64,000 bases of DNA, taken from positions 32,001 to 96,000 of the IMG/VR virus record IMGVR_UViG_3300029967_000162; one strand, written 5' to 3'. This document shows, piece after piece, positions 11,205 to 24,124 of the stretch. Under the pieces are notes generated by a model. The model saw only the letters and a list, made by a program, of their open reading frames with translations. It searched no databases and was not told the DNA's origin. Each line of letters starts with the position of its first letter. The stretch's first letter is position 1. A program made the position numbers and the translations under genes. This stretch comes from a virus. Lineage: Duplodnaviria; Caudoviricetes.

Positions 11205-11597
11205 TTAGTCAGAGTATCCAATTGCAGACAGCGGGCAGTACCAAGCCTCAAAGATCTCTTTCTCATCTGTTCCATTGAGAAGCCTCTCTGGGAAGAACAT
11301 CACAAGCAGCAGGCCAGAGTCTGAAGAGTAGTGTCCTTCAACTTCACTGTCTTGGCATGCAGTCTTGATGAGCTCATTGCACTTATTCACAAGCTCTTCT
11401 TTGATGTCACTTGCTTCTGGGACAGATGTTGGCCTTGTGTCCCCAGCAGAGTTTGCCCAGACATAGCCATGCTCTGCCATCTGCCTTGACATCTCCTCAG
11501 CATCAAATGCCATTAGCAAGCTCGTGATTGCTTTCTGGCATGCAAGCCTATATTCTAAGTTGTCTCTCAACCAGTTGTTGCCTCTTGTCTTTTCCAT
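11205..11597 (-). CDS. Hypothetical protein
   Basis: Clean ORF preceded by a TAAATTTG promoter-like motif. Confidence 0.7.
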   Translation of the reverse strand: MEKTRGNNWLRDNLEYRLACQKAITSLLMAFDAEEMSRQMAEHGYVWANSAGDTRPTSVPEASDIKEELVNKCNELIKTACQDSEVEGHYSSDSGLLLVMFFPERLLNGTDEKEIFEAWYCPLSAIGYSD

Positions 11598-11740
11598 GAG
11601 CCTAAAAGTTTTGTATGTTGCAAATTTAACAAAAAACTTTGAACTTTGTCTTAGTTTCCATGAAAAAGTTAAGGGACAAGCATTCTTGCTTGTCCCTCTT
11701 GGAAATGCTATTTCTCATGGCAAAGTTCTAGCAATCCATC

Positions 11741-13813
11741 TTATTCACTTGGTATCTTCCAGTTGTATGTCGACCCATCTACAGTCAGCCAGCCATCTGC
11801 ATATGTCGCTCATGTCGGTGTAGAGTCTGCACCGACACCAATGTAGAATGTTGATGTGTCTGTCACCTCAGATCATTTGTATCCAGCTCCTCATGCTGCC
11901 CACCACCAGTCTGTCTCTTGTGCATTACCACTCTCATCTACATAGTTTGGATTCAGATACTGGAAGAATGGTGTGCTTCCAGAGTCAAGAATCTCCATCT
12001 TTGAAGAGTCAAGTATGAATGTGATCTCACCAACTGAAGTATCTAAGAGAGTGACTTTAGTTGTCTTCCCACCTTGAGCTGTCAATGGAGCAACTTCAAT
12101 GACTTTGTTTTGACAATACCAATCAATATAGAGCCAAGCAGGAGCAAGAGGCTCTTCAGATGCACGATTGTCTCATGACTCAATGCCTTTCTTGTTGCCA
12201 ATGTAGAAGATGTTCTCTTGCTTGTTCTTGGAGGTAGAGATGTTGATCTTTGCAATGACTTGAGGTGGCTCAACTGCCCACACCGAAACATCATTCGCCC
12301 AGTCATATCTCAAGAACTTGCTCATGTGATAGCTCTGCATTTCTTGGTATCCATCCAAGACATTGATAGTTGTTGATATTTGGTAGAGTGAGCCACAAGT
12401 GAATGTCACTGGCACAATGTCATAAGTGTCATGAGAGTGCATCTTGATTCTGACAATGCAAGCTGGATCTTCTTCTGTGCTGCCAGAATCTGTGAGAGCT
12501 TCACTTATGTCATATGTGATTGACTCTATGCTGACCAAAGTCTCATCAATTGAGACGTCAACTGTCTGCCACTCATTCCACGGCCAGATGTTGAGAGAGA
12601 TCTCAAACTCTTCATCTGCAATGACAGACTTGCCAGTCTCTAAGTTGAATGAAGCAACCCACCAGCTCTCAGCATCTGCCATGTCTTGGAGCGTCCAGCC
12701 TTCTGGCACACCAGAAGCAGAGTTAAGTGGGAACAAGTCTTTTGAAGCAGCTGGCAGCTTGTAGAGTGTGCCAGAAGTCGAGACATCTACAAGCCAAGCA
12801 TTGATGGCAGCATTGCTTTCATCTTGTGTTGGAGCAGTCGTCTGTGTTGTCACGACACGTGAAAGGCTAGTGCAGCCACTGAACATGCTGTTAAATGCAT
12901 GCTCAGCCGGAGCTGAGACATTTAGACGCTGTGTAGCTGTGAGTGAGGTGCAGCCACTGAACATCCTCTCACAGCCATAAGATGCAACTGAAGTCGCAGA
13001 CATTGCTGGCATCGCCCTCAAGCTTGTGCAGCCTTCAAACATGCTGCTATATGCATTCTCTGGAACATCTGTTGCAGAGAGAGACTTTGGTGGTGTTGTG
13101 AGTGAGGTGCAGCCTTCAAACATGCTTTGCATCGAGCCATGTCCGAGTGTTGTTGCAGCAATGCTAGGGCCTTTCACCAAGCTTGTGCAGTCTTTGAACA
13201 TCCCGGCATAAGTGTGCTTTGCAAGAGCAGCATCAGAGAGCTTTGGCACACTTGTGAGTGAAGAGCATCCATCGAACATGTGCCAAAATGCACCAACTGA
13301 AGCATCAGCTGGCACTTCAATCGACAGCTTTGATGCTGATGCCAACCCAGTGTCACCACCAAAGAGCCATGCATAGCGATACTCATCAGTGCTTGACAGC
13401 ACTCCATCTGCATATGCAGCTGACAGAGGTCCAGACACAGAGTGCTTGCTCTTAGAGTTGATCTTCCAAGCCACATTGTCTTTCTGTGTCGTTGCACTTG
13501 TCTTGCTTGTGAACTGCAAGCATGCAGACTTCCCTTCAGCAATAGTGATTGAAGTTGATGTGCTCTCTTCCCATGTCGTGCCACTGTCATAGGACACTTT
13601 GTATGCAAGAGATGGAAGCTGTGCAGGGTCATCTGCAACGCTCACAAAAGACAGAGTCATCTCACCGGTGTCCTCATTAGTGATCTTGAACCATGAGCCT
13701 GTGTCTTCTGGCCAGATTTGCACGTCATTCCAAAAGATTGCCTTCAATGGCAAGCCATTGTATGTGCCAGTTGCTGTGTTGCTGACTTGTATGTCACCTA
13801 TCTTGAGAGCCAT
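11741..13813 (-). CDS. BspA/DUF285-like leucine-rich-repeat surface or virion protein, 690 aa
   Basis: Repeated MF(E/S/D/K)(G/D)C(T/S)SL units of ~24 aa; ORFs 12173..13813 and 11891..12085 join through TGAs and end at TAA11741. Confidence 0.75.
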
Positions 13814-13822
13814 GCCTTCTCT

Positions 13823-15214
13823 TTATGCTTTGATTGTGAGAGTCTCAGTGTCAGCATCATATGTGAACATGCTGCTGATTGCTGACTTGTATGTGTCTGA
13901 CGCATCTGCGCAGCCACCTTCTGCTCCACGTATGCTGAGCCCGGCTATAGTGCAGCTGCCAGTGCCTCATGTGCTAGAGTCACAGAAGACCATGTTGCTT
14001 GTTGGGCACAGCACATCAGCTCCATAGAGTGTGAATGTTGCTGTAGAGTTCTCCATCTTGATGAAAGTCGGCACAAGGCTGCCGTAGTCCCAGGTCTCGC
14101 CGTTCACAAAGAACCTCGCATTCGTGATCATCGTGCCAGGCCCACTGAGCTTGAATCCGGTCTGGTATGTGTCTATGTAGCAGTTCGTTATCATGTCTGC
14201 ACTGCCAACATAGAAGACAGAGCCTTCAACAATCTTGTAGTCCTTGGAGCTCTTGAAGTCATATGTCCATGCATGCACATTCACTATAGAGCAAGAGCCG
14301 CCTGAGTTGATCGCTGTGTGGCAGTTTATCATGTTGACATCTGAGATTGCGCAGTCACCATTCAGTGCGATGCCTGTGCTCCAGAGGCCACCCCATGCAT
14401 GGCTGTCATCATAGTCATTGTCAAGCAGCAAGTGGTGGCAGTTCACCTGGAATGAGAAGTATGCATTCTTGGTCGTGCCATTGTCATCATAAGTGTATGT
14501 GATCGCCGGCTGGTGGATGCCGTAGTTGACGAAGTTGCGAATTGTAATGTGTGAGATGTCAGTGTCCATCTGTGTGCCTACATAGATGCCAGACTTAGCA
14601 CATTGATTGCACTCAATTGTGCCACCACGGCCAGTGATGAAGCTTCCAAATGTCGGCTTGTGGCCATTGATGACATTCATCGAGCCAGAGAACCCATTTT
14701 CACCTAGAGCTGGCTCGCCTGGCAAGTAGCCATTCATCTTGATTGCATATGACACACTGCAGTCTTTCCATGAGAGTGTCGCTCTATCAAGGTAGATGTG
14801 CATGAGCCCAAGAGACACCTCATCCTTCATGACATATGTGCCGGCTGGGAAGTAGAGTGTCTCATAAGGGTGCTCTGCATAGAGATCCATGAGAAGCTGT
14901 GCATTGTCTGTCTCACCATCATTCACAAGCCCATAGTCAAGCACATTCACATATGGTGCAGACATCATCCCTGCGATGATCGGATCTGGATCTGCTTCAG
15001 TGATGTCCTTTGCAACTCTCTTGATTGAGAGCACTTGGCCAAGAGAAGCATCAAGCAGCACACTAGCATCTATGACTTCAGATGTGAAGAGCTCATTGCC
15101 TTTGAAGATTGAGCCGCCTCCATCTGGGCTGTGCTTGAACCCAATCGCATTCTCTGGAAGCTCAACACTGCCAGAGTACACAGAAGATATGTCATAGAAG
15201 AGAACTTTGTCCAT
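13823..15214 (-). CDS. Pectate-lyase-3-like beta-helix protein (tailspike/depolymerase-like), 463 aa
   Basis: VNVLDYGLVNDGETDNA...LYFPAGTY motif; extends through TGA13967 to YDADTETLTIKA-TAA. Confidence 0.75.
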
Positions 15215-15369
15215 ATAAGTGTCTTGTTAAAGATTAAACCAAGATATTTATTCTTAATTGTGAACTAGTGTGTTATTTGAGATCTAGCTGATCACAGAAA
15301 ACACAACTGTTCAACTACTTGACAATGTGAGCATTAATGAGATAAAAACAGAAATGGAAGTTCTAAGTG

Positions 15370-15744
15370 ATGGAAAGTCGATATTTCATAGATCCTGTGG
15401 AAGTGCAGGATGTTGAAGGAAGGATGGTGAACGGCACTTCATACTTTGGTGACACAGTAGAAGCTTCTACTTCTCAGCTCAAGAGCTTGTTCCCAAGGCA
15501 TATAAACAGTGCTGGGTCGGGTGATGGCAAGGTCAAGCATGAGATGGTGTGGGCAATCCATGACATGAAAGAAGGAGATGTCAAGTATGTCACACTCTAT
15601 GACTGGAAAGAAGACTGGGAGAGCTTGACAGAAGATGACAAGATTGAGTTTCATGTAGGCGGCAGAGGCAAGCGCTGGACAGAAGTTGGAGCAAAGCTCA
15701 TTGAAGAAGAGATCAGGAAGGCTTCAGAGCCAGAGATCTTCTAA
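15370..15744 (+). CDS. Hypothetical protein
   Basis: Clean ORF with phage-typical codon use. Confidence 0.7.
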   Translation: MESRYFIDPVEVQDVEGRMVNGTSYFGDTVEASTSQLKSLFPRHINSAGSGDGKVKHEMVWAIHDMKEGDVKYVTLYDWKEDWESLTEDDKIEFHVGGRGKRWTEVGAKLIEEEIRKASEPEIF

Positions 15745-15759
15745 AAAGAAAGCATTGTC

Positions 15760-16743
15760 ATGATAGTGGAGAGCTCCAGTCCATTAGATGAGAAGCAGAG
15801 TGTTGCTGCTTTCATGTTCCTCAAAGGGATAGAGGCTATTACAAAGAAGATACGGAGAGACTGTGCTGGGTTCAGGCCTGGTGAAGTCATCTCATTCCCT
15901 GTCACAAGGAGCCTTGCTCCGGACATCACAAAGTGGTTCTCAAGCTTCTCTGTTGAAGTCTGGATCTCTGATGAGAAGATGGATGGTGGTGAAGTTGGTC
16001 CTGCTTCTGATGCTGGATATGAGTGGATAGACAACTCTGACATGAGAGCAAGCGGGATAGATGCGCCAGACATGATAGATGGCATCTTGCTGAAGATGTG
16101 GGTTGCACCATCTCTAGAGAAAGAGTCAATAGAGATGGTGCTCATCCATGAGCTCAACCATCTCTGGACAACTTATGAGAGGTTCAAGAAGCTTGAAGCT
16201 AAAGATGATCAAACCAAGCAGCTTGCAATGCTCATGAGGATGAATGGAAGTGTAGACAATCAGATGACTACAAGGCTCTTGAAAGCAGCTCAGCCGGGTA
16301 CAGCTTTCAAGACATTGCTCACACTTGTCTACAGGCTCTGGAATCCTGAAGAGAGACATGCATTCACAGCTGAGGCTCTCTCATGGTTCAAAGACTCTGT
16401 TGACTGGTCTGTGAAGAGAAGCAACAGTGAGCTGCAAGACCTTATACATGAATCTCCTACATGGAAGTTCATCAAAGAGACTAAAGATCTCATAGAGAGT
16501 GACTTTGCAAATGTCAGTGAGTCAGACTTCAAGAAAGTGAAAGTCCTTTGCTTCAGAGACAAAAAACTAAAGGCAATGCCGATAGATAAGTTCATCAAGC
16601 TTTTCAAGGAGAGGACTAGAGAGCTCATCACAGACTATGAGAAGAGAGTCTGGAAAGTTGTGGCTCTTGGCAGAGACTTGTCAGAACACTGGGAGATACG
16701 AAACAACAAGAAGATTAGGTTCCAAGACTTTAGGAGGGTCTAG
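15760..16743 (+). CDS. Putative zincin-like (HExxH) paralog
   Basis: LIHELNHLW...LWNPEERHAF...KVVALGRDLSEH is homologous to 640..1722. Confidence 0.75.
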   Translation: MIVESSSPLDEKQSVAAFMFLKGIEAITKKIRRDCAGFRPGEVISFPVTRSLAPDITKWFSSFSVEVWISDEKMDGGEVGPASDAGYEWIDNSDMRASGIDAPDMIDGILLKMWVAPSLEKESIEMVLIHELNHLWTTYERFKKLEAKDDQTKQLAMLMRMNGSVDNQMTTRLLKAAQPGTAFKTLLTLVYRLWNPEERHAFTAEALSWFKDSVDWSVKRSNSELQDLIHESPTWKFIKETKDLIESDFANVSESDFKKVKVLCFRDKKLKAMPIDKFIKLFKERTRELITDYEKRVWKVVALGRDLSEHWEIRNNKKIRFQDFRRV

Positions 16744-16886
16744 AGACTAGAGGGTGTTGGTACGACTTCATGGAAGCTTTCAGAAAGTGGGGAGATAGAC
16801 TTTAGAGAATGGGCTTAAGAGAAGAGAGTTCACAATCTTTAGAGGATGATAGTACTGAGCATTTCGATTGAAGATAATGTCAGTTC

Positions 16887-18176
16887 CTAAGAATTTCCAG
16901 ACCTAGTTTTCTTTGCTTTTTCTTGGAGCTCTCTAGATGCCATTCCTCATCCACCATATCTTTCTTTCATAGTCTTCATAGCCTTCTTCTTGATCTCTTC
17001 AGATTGATTTCAAACTCCACCATGACGCTTGATAGAGGTCTCAATCATCTTTGCTTTGATTACTTCATTTCCAGCCGGGGATGTTGAGCCATATTTCTCA
17101 AGATTGGTCTTCATTCTCTTCTCATGGAACTCTTTTTGTTGAAGTCATTCACTCAACTCCATATTTTTCTTTGTTTGTCTCCTTTGTCTTGTTTTTTATC
17201 ATCTCTATGCAAATCTGGGATTTCTTGCATTCATTTGAACATACCATTGGATATCCTAAAGCAAATCTGGAGAAAGGAAGAAAGTCTCCACACACAGGGC
17301 ATGTTAATGGAGAATTGATTCCATAGATCATCCTATACAAAATCTCTTGTGGCTTCATCCCAGGCTTATCATGATATCTGTTCATCAGATAGTCATAATA
17401 GTCTGGCTCATGAGCTTTGAGCCATTTTGTTCCAATATGAGTATGGTTATACCAGGTTCTTGTTGAAGGATCAATGAAATGGTTTATTATATCTTTCAAG
17501 GCATGTCTCTTTTATCTTCTCTTTAGTCTCTTTCGATTTCAAGACATTGTCTACACCATACCTCTCAATGCAAGTCCTCTTTGCTTTCTCCTGAAACTCT
17601 CTTGACTTCATTGGGTTGTCAACACCATATTTCTCAACAAGTGTTGCTTTTATCTTTTCTTTGACTTGATCTGAGCTCCATGAACATTCAGTGCCATATC
17701 TCTTCAAGCAAGTCTCTTTTGACTTTGCTTTTGCTTCTTTTGTCTTTGCAACATTGTCAACTCCATATCTGTCAAGACAAGTCAATCTAGCTTTCTCTTT
17801 AGTCTGTGCAGTTTTTGCTAGGTTGTCAATACCATATCTTTCTAAAGATGTCTTTAGACTTCTTGACAATAGCTTTCTTTCCTTCGCTTGAGTATTTGCA
17901 CTCTTTAGAGCAGTATGTCTGATATCCTAAAGAGAACCTATGAAATGGTATTTGATTGTTGCACACTAGACATTTTGGCGCTTCATCAACTTTGTTCAAA
18001 ATCCGGTAGATGACTTCTTGAGGGTCCATGTCTTCTTTATCATGATATCTGTTTATCAAGTAGTCATAGTATTGAGGCTCATGGACTTTTAGCCAGGTTG
18101 ACCATAGATGCAAACGGTTATATCATAAACCAGTAGAAGGATTGATGAAGTGATCTATTATGTCTTGGTCTGTCAT
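16887..18176 (-). pseudogene. Decayed tandem remnant of two repeat-array endonuclease genes (no nuclease domain)
   Basis: Two Zn-ribbon N-termini (DIIDHFINPST / DIINHFIDPST) each followed by KTxLERYG repeats; frameshifts near 17853, 17495 and 17145; C-terminal nuclease absent. Confidence 0.75.
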
Positions 18177-18207
18177 TTTCTTGTCATTTTATCTTTATAC
18201 AAACAAA

Positions 18208-18247
18208 AAATTAAAGGTTCATATATTTCTATATGAACCTTTAATTT
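18208..18247. terminator. Hairpin downstream of tail sheath gene
   Basis: AAATTAAAGGTTCATATA-tttc-TATATGAACCTTTAATTT perfect inverted repeat. Confidence 0.7.
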
Positions 18248-18265
18248 AAATAGACTAAGCTAAGT

Positions 18266-21200
18266 TTAAGATTCTGAAGAACTTATGGTCCCTAACTTTT
18301 GCAAAGTGAATGACATCACAATCTTCTCCATGCCTTTGCTCATCTCAAGATCGATATCAACAAGTCCAAAGGAATTTTGGATGACCTCGCTTGTATTGTT
18401 GCTTTCATCGCATACAATCGAGTAGGCTTGGATTGCACCACTGTTACGTGCTGCTTGGAGGATAGGAGTCAGCTTCGTCACAATTGCTGCCCTTGTCGCT
18501 GCAGTGTTATAAAGAAAGTTGAACTGCTTTAGCACTGCCTCACACTCAATCTCAAGAGTGTTGAGGTTCTCACGGACATGCAGCTTGTTGAAGTCTGACT
18601 TCAATGTCTGATAGCAAGTCTGGTTGCCATAGATCATGATCTGCCCATTCCTCTTGATGAGAGTGTTGACACCCATCGGCTCAAGGTAGTCACGGTCCTC
18701 TTGGTCAGCAAGATACTCGATGTCATTGATCTTCGAGTTGGTCAAGATGCCATTGAGGTTTGCTACGATCATCCATGGGTCACCACCTTGGTACTTGTGC
18801 ATGAGAGTGTTGGACACATCAGCTGCAGGTGGCACGCTGAGAGTCTTCGACCCAACCTTGTAAGTGAGGTATGGCCAGAAGGCAGCGGCAAACTTGGCGC
18901 CATCATCTTCAGAAGGCAAGCTGAAGCTCTTAGTTGCATAGAGCTCACGGTTGCCACCTTCAGGGATGTACTTCGTGTTGAATGCTGGCTTCACTTCCAT
19001 TCCTTGCACATAGCTGTCGCAGAAGTATGGGTTCTCACTGCAAGCAAACTCCTTCATAGATGGGAGGTTGAGGAGAGCCGTGCACTTGCCACGTTGCTTA
19101 GCCACACGAGCAAGGTGTGTCTTGCCGCCGAGGCCAGAGTCAAGGCCATAGCCCATAGAGTCGACGATGTACCTGAAGTCAACCATCTCATTGTTGCACA
19201 AGCCACGCAGGATGCCTTCATCCTCAAGCACCGCATAGATCTTCTCGATGCCACCTTCAATGTCGATGTTGCCATCAGCATCATAGCCTGGCTTGTGGCG
19301 AGAAGTGATCTTCAATCCCTTGAGAGGAATCCAACGGAGAGAGGTAGACACAGCGTCATCAGTGATTGGGAGCTGGCGAACTACACTATCTTCGAGAGTG
19401 TTCACGAAGATGCTTGAAGTTGCCTCAGTGCTGCCGACACCACCAATCGATGCGTAGTCGACGCCTGCCGTAGGCCATGTAGTGATCTCAGCAGAAGAAG
19501 AGTCATAGTCGACGCCATACTCATCTTCCCATGTGCTGATCTCCTTGATGTAGCCGTCTTCAACCTCATCCTCATACATGTTGTTGCCATCCTCATCCCA
19601 GATTGCTGGATAGAACTTGATGAAGGTGCCAGTGCTATTTCCGGATGCATCTTTCTGCTCAACCTCAACAAAGTCACGCTCAGTTGCATGCTGCTCAATG
19701 AGCACTGGATCGACAGTGGTGAAGAGGTAGAATCCCTGGGTGCCAAAGTCAGTGTTGACAATCATCTTAGACTGAGTGTAGTCATAGACAGTCGACTTGT
19801 AAGTGAACTGACTAGAAGCATTCACATTGACGAAGATCTTGTCAATCACACGGGTGATGCCTGGGATTGTCTTGTACTTCTGAGCAACACCAACCTCATT
19901 GTTGAAGGCGATGTTGTTGACATAGTCGCCGATCTTGATAGAAGAAGCTGCATCATCATCCATCACGATGAAAGTGGTGTAGTTGTCTTCCTCAACAGGG
20001 GTCTTGCCATCAGAAGTCTTGCCTGCATCATGGAAGTATGCTACAGAAGGCACATAGCTGACGAGCTCGCTTGTCCCAACGCCTGCCTCAGCGGTGTAGT
20101 TGTAAGAGAGGAAGTCAATTCCATATGTCTGGTCTACAGAGCCATACTCAGCAATGACGAGGTTGCCAAGAGAAGCATCTGCCTCAGCTGTGATGGTGTA
20201 GGTGACAGGATTCTTGGAAGTTGGGTAAGTCACCTCATAGCTCTCGACCTCATCCTCATCATTGACGTTGACGTCGACGTTGATGTCAGAAGAAGTCTGC
20301 TCAAAGACATCATAGTAGGTGGTAGTCCCACGCACTGTCTTAGCCTTCTCATAGAGCTTGTAGATGTCAGAGTCGACGACTTCGCCATTCGAGTCAAAGT
20401 CAAGCACGAGGTAGTTGCCATAGTAGGCACCACCAAACGATGCAGACTGAGCGTCATCAGAAGGAGATGTGTAAGTGATCTTCTTGGCAAGGCTGCCATC
20501 GCTGATCGTGAGGATGACCTTGTCATTGCCAGTCACCTGGCTGACAGTGAAAGTGTCATAGAGAGAAGGATCAACCTCGAGCTCTGCTTCTTCAGTGTCA
20601 AGCTGAGTGTAACGGATGATGCTGCCACTCACCTCAACATATCTGTAAGACTCATCAGAAGTGTCTTCTGCATTCACATAGACAGAGATGTCAGAAGTGA
20701 TCTGGCACGTGAGCACATCTTCCTCAGGATCATAAGAGAGCATGTAGCCGTACTTCTCGCCATTGAGGGTGAACTCATCTTCTACAGTGTAAGCTGCGGT
20801 GCCAGTGAGGTCATCATAGCTCTTGAGGTAGTAGTTGGAGCTGTTAGCAAACCTGACCGAGAGGTAGGATGAGTCGATGTCATTGCTGTAGTAAGTAGAG
20901 GCATTCGGCTCAGAGCCACCCCCAGTGAAGCCCTTCTGGAAGTTGTGGCCGACCATGTCGATGAGGTATGCTGTAGAAGAAGCCTCACCCTGAGAAGTCG
21001 TCATCTGGGAGTCACCGTCGATGTCATAGAACCAGCATCCCTTGCCACTCTCAGAGCCTTCATCTGCTGCACCATTGTAGTCATATGCAAGCACCTCTGC
21101 TGCATCTTCATTGAATGTAGCAAGGAGGCCGGTCTTCTCAGTCACAGCATTGATCTTAGCGACCAAGTTTTGCATGTTGCCTTGCTTGTCTTGGAAGTCT

Positions 21201-22120
21201 GGGATGATAGAGCCGGTTCAAGTGCCAAGGAGCGTTATGCCTTCAGCTCCGACAAATGAAGAGACTTTGTCTTTGAGGATGCCCTTGTTGTCGAAGTAGG
21301 AAGCCCAGATTGGGTCTGTAGCAAGGTGCGGATAGTTAGACCAGTTGCCCTTCACACAAATGACAGTCAGGAAGTACTCGGACATGTAGTCTGATGGACG
21401 GATCCAGCCATAAGGGATGTTCTCTGCACCGTTATATCATTCGGCTGCAGTGATGTCGTAGCCAGTCAGCCCTTCAGTCTTGTAGACCAAGATAGAGATC
21501 TCCTCAGTGCCGGTGTTGCCGAAGTTGAGGAAGTTAGAGTGCTCAAAAGAGCCAGAGTCGCCAGTAGAGAGCTTGTTGGCAGCGACTGCCATCAAGTTGT
21601 GGCTTGATGGAATCCAGAACCTAGACCTGTCAAACAGAGAAGAGTAAGGGGTCTTGCCAATGTATGGCACCATGTCACCTTCCTCTGTGCCATAGACCGT
21701 AGCATCTACAGATCCATAGAGGTAGTCATACTCACCATAAGCAGTGCCAGCTGAAGACACCTTTGGATTAGGTGTGCCGGCATCAAGTGAGAGCGCCGCA
21801 AAGTTGACTTGGTCAGGGCCTGACTCAGAGTCATCTACTGCAAGAAGGTTGAGTGCCAAGATCGGAGAGTTAGAGAGCATCGTCTGGGCAAAACGGTTGA
21901 AGAAGCAACCTTTGTGCTCAAGCTTTGTGTTGATCTCACCAAAGATCTGCTGGCGCTCAAGGTCAGAGTCAAGGTACACCGGCCTGTTGAATATACCCTT
22001 GTTAGCAAAGCCGACAAGCAGACGATAAGAGTCTGTAGTTGTGCTTATTGCTTCTTGGGTATTATCAAACTCCAGGGTGTAGACACCCGCACTCTTGAAT
22101 GAATCAAAGTTGATTACCAT
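18266..22120 (-). CDS. Tail sheath protein (T4 gp18-like), 1284 aa
   Basis: N-terminal SAGVYTLEFD...GFANKG..NRPV; C-terminal FWPY, DRDYL...GVN, IYGNQT, LHVRENL, CDESNN motifs; two ORFs joined via two TGAs (21437 and ~21218). Confidence 0.92.
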
Positions 22121-22225
22121 GAATTTGATAATAAATTTTGCAAAATATGTCTTACAACTTTTGCATTGCAGAATTCCAAGTCCTATTAAAGACTTAGATG
22201 CATATTTCACAAATATTTATTAGAT

Positions 22226-23531
22226 TTAGATTGTAGTGATGAATGAGCTGAACTGCTCTTTGAACTCTTCAAGGTCATTTCCAAAGTACTCAAAGAAGTT
22301 GAGGTGCTCTTCTTTAGCTTTGCTTCGCTTCATGACATCTGTGTTTGTCCAGACTTCTAGTGCATTTGCATAGTACTTAGAAGTCTTTGCACAGCTTTCC
22401 CATAAAGTTTTCTTGTTGAAGTCTTCTTGGCATCTCTCATCATATGGGTGATTGCCATGAGTCCATGTGCCTTGGACCTCAATAAACAAGTCAAGCGATA
22501 GCACATAGAAGTCGACATGCCAAGGGTATCTTAGGTCTTTGTTCCAGTTTCTTTCAACTTCACTGAATTGTGCCTGCAGCCAATCATAGATTGCATCTTC
22601 AATCTTAGAAGTGTTGCATGTCTTGTTTCTCTTTCGGGTCTCAAATCCTTTCTTTGCAACTTCAGCTCAAAAAGCACCATCTTTGAGATCTTGGTAATAC
22701 TTGACACCATGCTCTTTCAAATATCTTTCTTGGTATCTTTCTTTGAGCTCTTTTGACTTGAACACATTGTCAACACCATATCTCTCTAAGTTTGTCTTCT
22801 TTATCTTCTCATCTATTTCTCTTGAGTTGAACACACATCTTTCACCATATCTCTCTCTAAACAAGTCTTCTCTATCTTTTCTTGAACTTCTCTTGATTTA
22901 GATGGTGATGTCTCTCCATATCTCTTTAGACTTGTCTTCTTTGCTTTCTCTTTGATGTCTTCAGATTGCATTGGGGTGGAAACCCCATATCGCTCTAAGT
23001 TTGTCTTTTTGGCTTTCTCTTTAAAAGCATCTATAGCAAATGGATTCTCAGCACCGTATCTTTCAATGCAGCTCTTCTTTGACTTCTCTTTGACCTCTTC
23101 AAGTTGCATTGGATACTTCCCATCATACTTTTCAAAGAAATGCCCTTTGTCTTTTCTTTGACTTTCTCCGACTTTGATGGATTGTCAACACCATATCTTT
23201 CAAGAGAAGTCTTCATCATCTTCTCTTTCATGATTAAGTGACCTTCTGGAGATCTCATGCATCTTGCTGAACAAAAGTCTTTGTATCCTCGAGAAAATTT
23301 CAAAAACTCTAGAATTGAGCCGCACACTGGACATCTTGGAACTTCATCAACATGGTTAGCAATCCGATAGATTGGTTCAGCTATCTTGTCAGTTGAGTTG
23401 TCTTTGTATCTCTCTTTCAAATACTTGCATATCTCTGGACATAAAACATCAAGTCTGGTTCACCTTGATCTGACAATCTTCTTCAAGTTCCCATCTGGAA
23501 AGAAATGCTCAATGATGTCTTTGTCTGTCAT
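22226..23531 (-). pseudogene. Repeat-array PD-(D/E)XK endonuclease with two frameshifts
   Basis: Zn ribbon CPVCG..FCSARC, ~8 repeats, YPWHVDFYVLSLDLFIEVQGTWTHG; -1 shift near 23143 and an extra GA in a GA run near 22855. Confidence 0.8.
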
Positions 23532-23647
23532 ATAGTTTTTATCTTCTCCACTTCTGGCTTGTCCAAATTTCAAGCCGCCCACACACAAAAATAAATAGTA
23601 TGCGGTGCAGCATTGTGTGCTGCAACAAGATTACTTTTATTTAGAAG

Positions 23648-24124
23648 ATGAAGAGTTTCAATGAAGCATACAGGCAAGCAAAAGCTGATCGTTCTCTCGC
23701 CCTCAAGCAGGTCTATGAAGAGCAGAAAGTCCAGCTCTGCAATGCACTCAAGATAGAATACATGGTTGAAGGCAAGATATCTGACCTTCCATATAACAAG
23801 CAGCAAGAGATTCTTGCAAAGCTTCTTGAGTATTGGTCACCAAAGACCGGCATCAACAATGCAGGTCTCAGGTTCCTCAATGAGGGTGTCATCAACATCA
23901 CACCAAGCTCTACCGGCCGTGAGATCAAAAGGTACATCACCAATGAGACTAAGAAGAACGCTTCTCAGATTGTTGAAGCTTTCAAGTGTGGGCATGGCAA
24001 TGATGTCATCGAGTCATTCAAGGAAGACCTTGAAGCAAAGTGTGGCAAGCACCTCAATGAGCATGTTGTCCGTGACATTGTCTGGAGCACAATCGAAGAC
24101 AAGATCAAGTTTGGCGACTGCTAG
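23648..24124 (+). CDS. Hypothetical protein (candidate internal head protein)
   Basis: MKSFNE N-terminus typical of T4-like capsid-targeted proteins; ATAAATA upstream. Confidence 0.6.
   Translation: MKSFNEAYRQAKADRSLALKQVYEEQKVQLCNALKIEYMVEGKISDLPYNKQQEILAKLLEYWSPKTGINNAGLRFLNEGVINITPSSTGREIKRYITNETKKNASQIVEAFKCGHGNDVIESFKEDLEAKCGKHLNEHVVRDIVWSTIEDKIKFGDC

Noticed and set aside
19688-20872. Long opposite-strand ORFs (also 18701..19417, 35454..36167, 60348..61115 and others)
   Set aside because: Antisense shadows of genuine genes, caused by codon bias; no motifs.
22226-23531. Programmed ribosomal frameshifting in the repeat-array nucleases
   Set aside because: Shifts occur at different, non-conserved positions and of different signs in each copy, often in simple repeats; decay or slippage (or sequencing error) is more likely.
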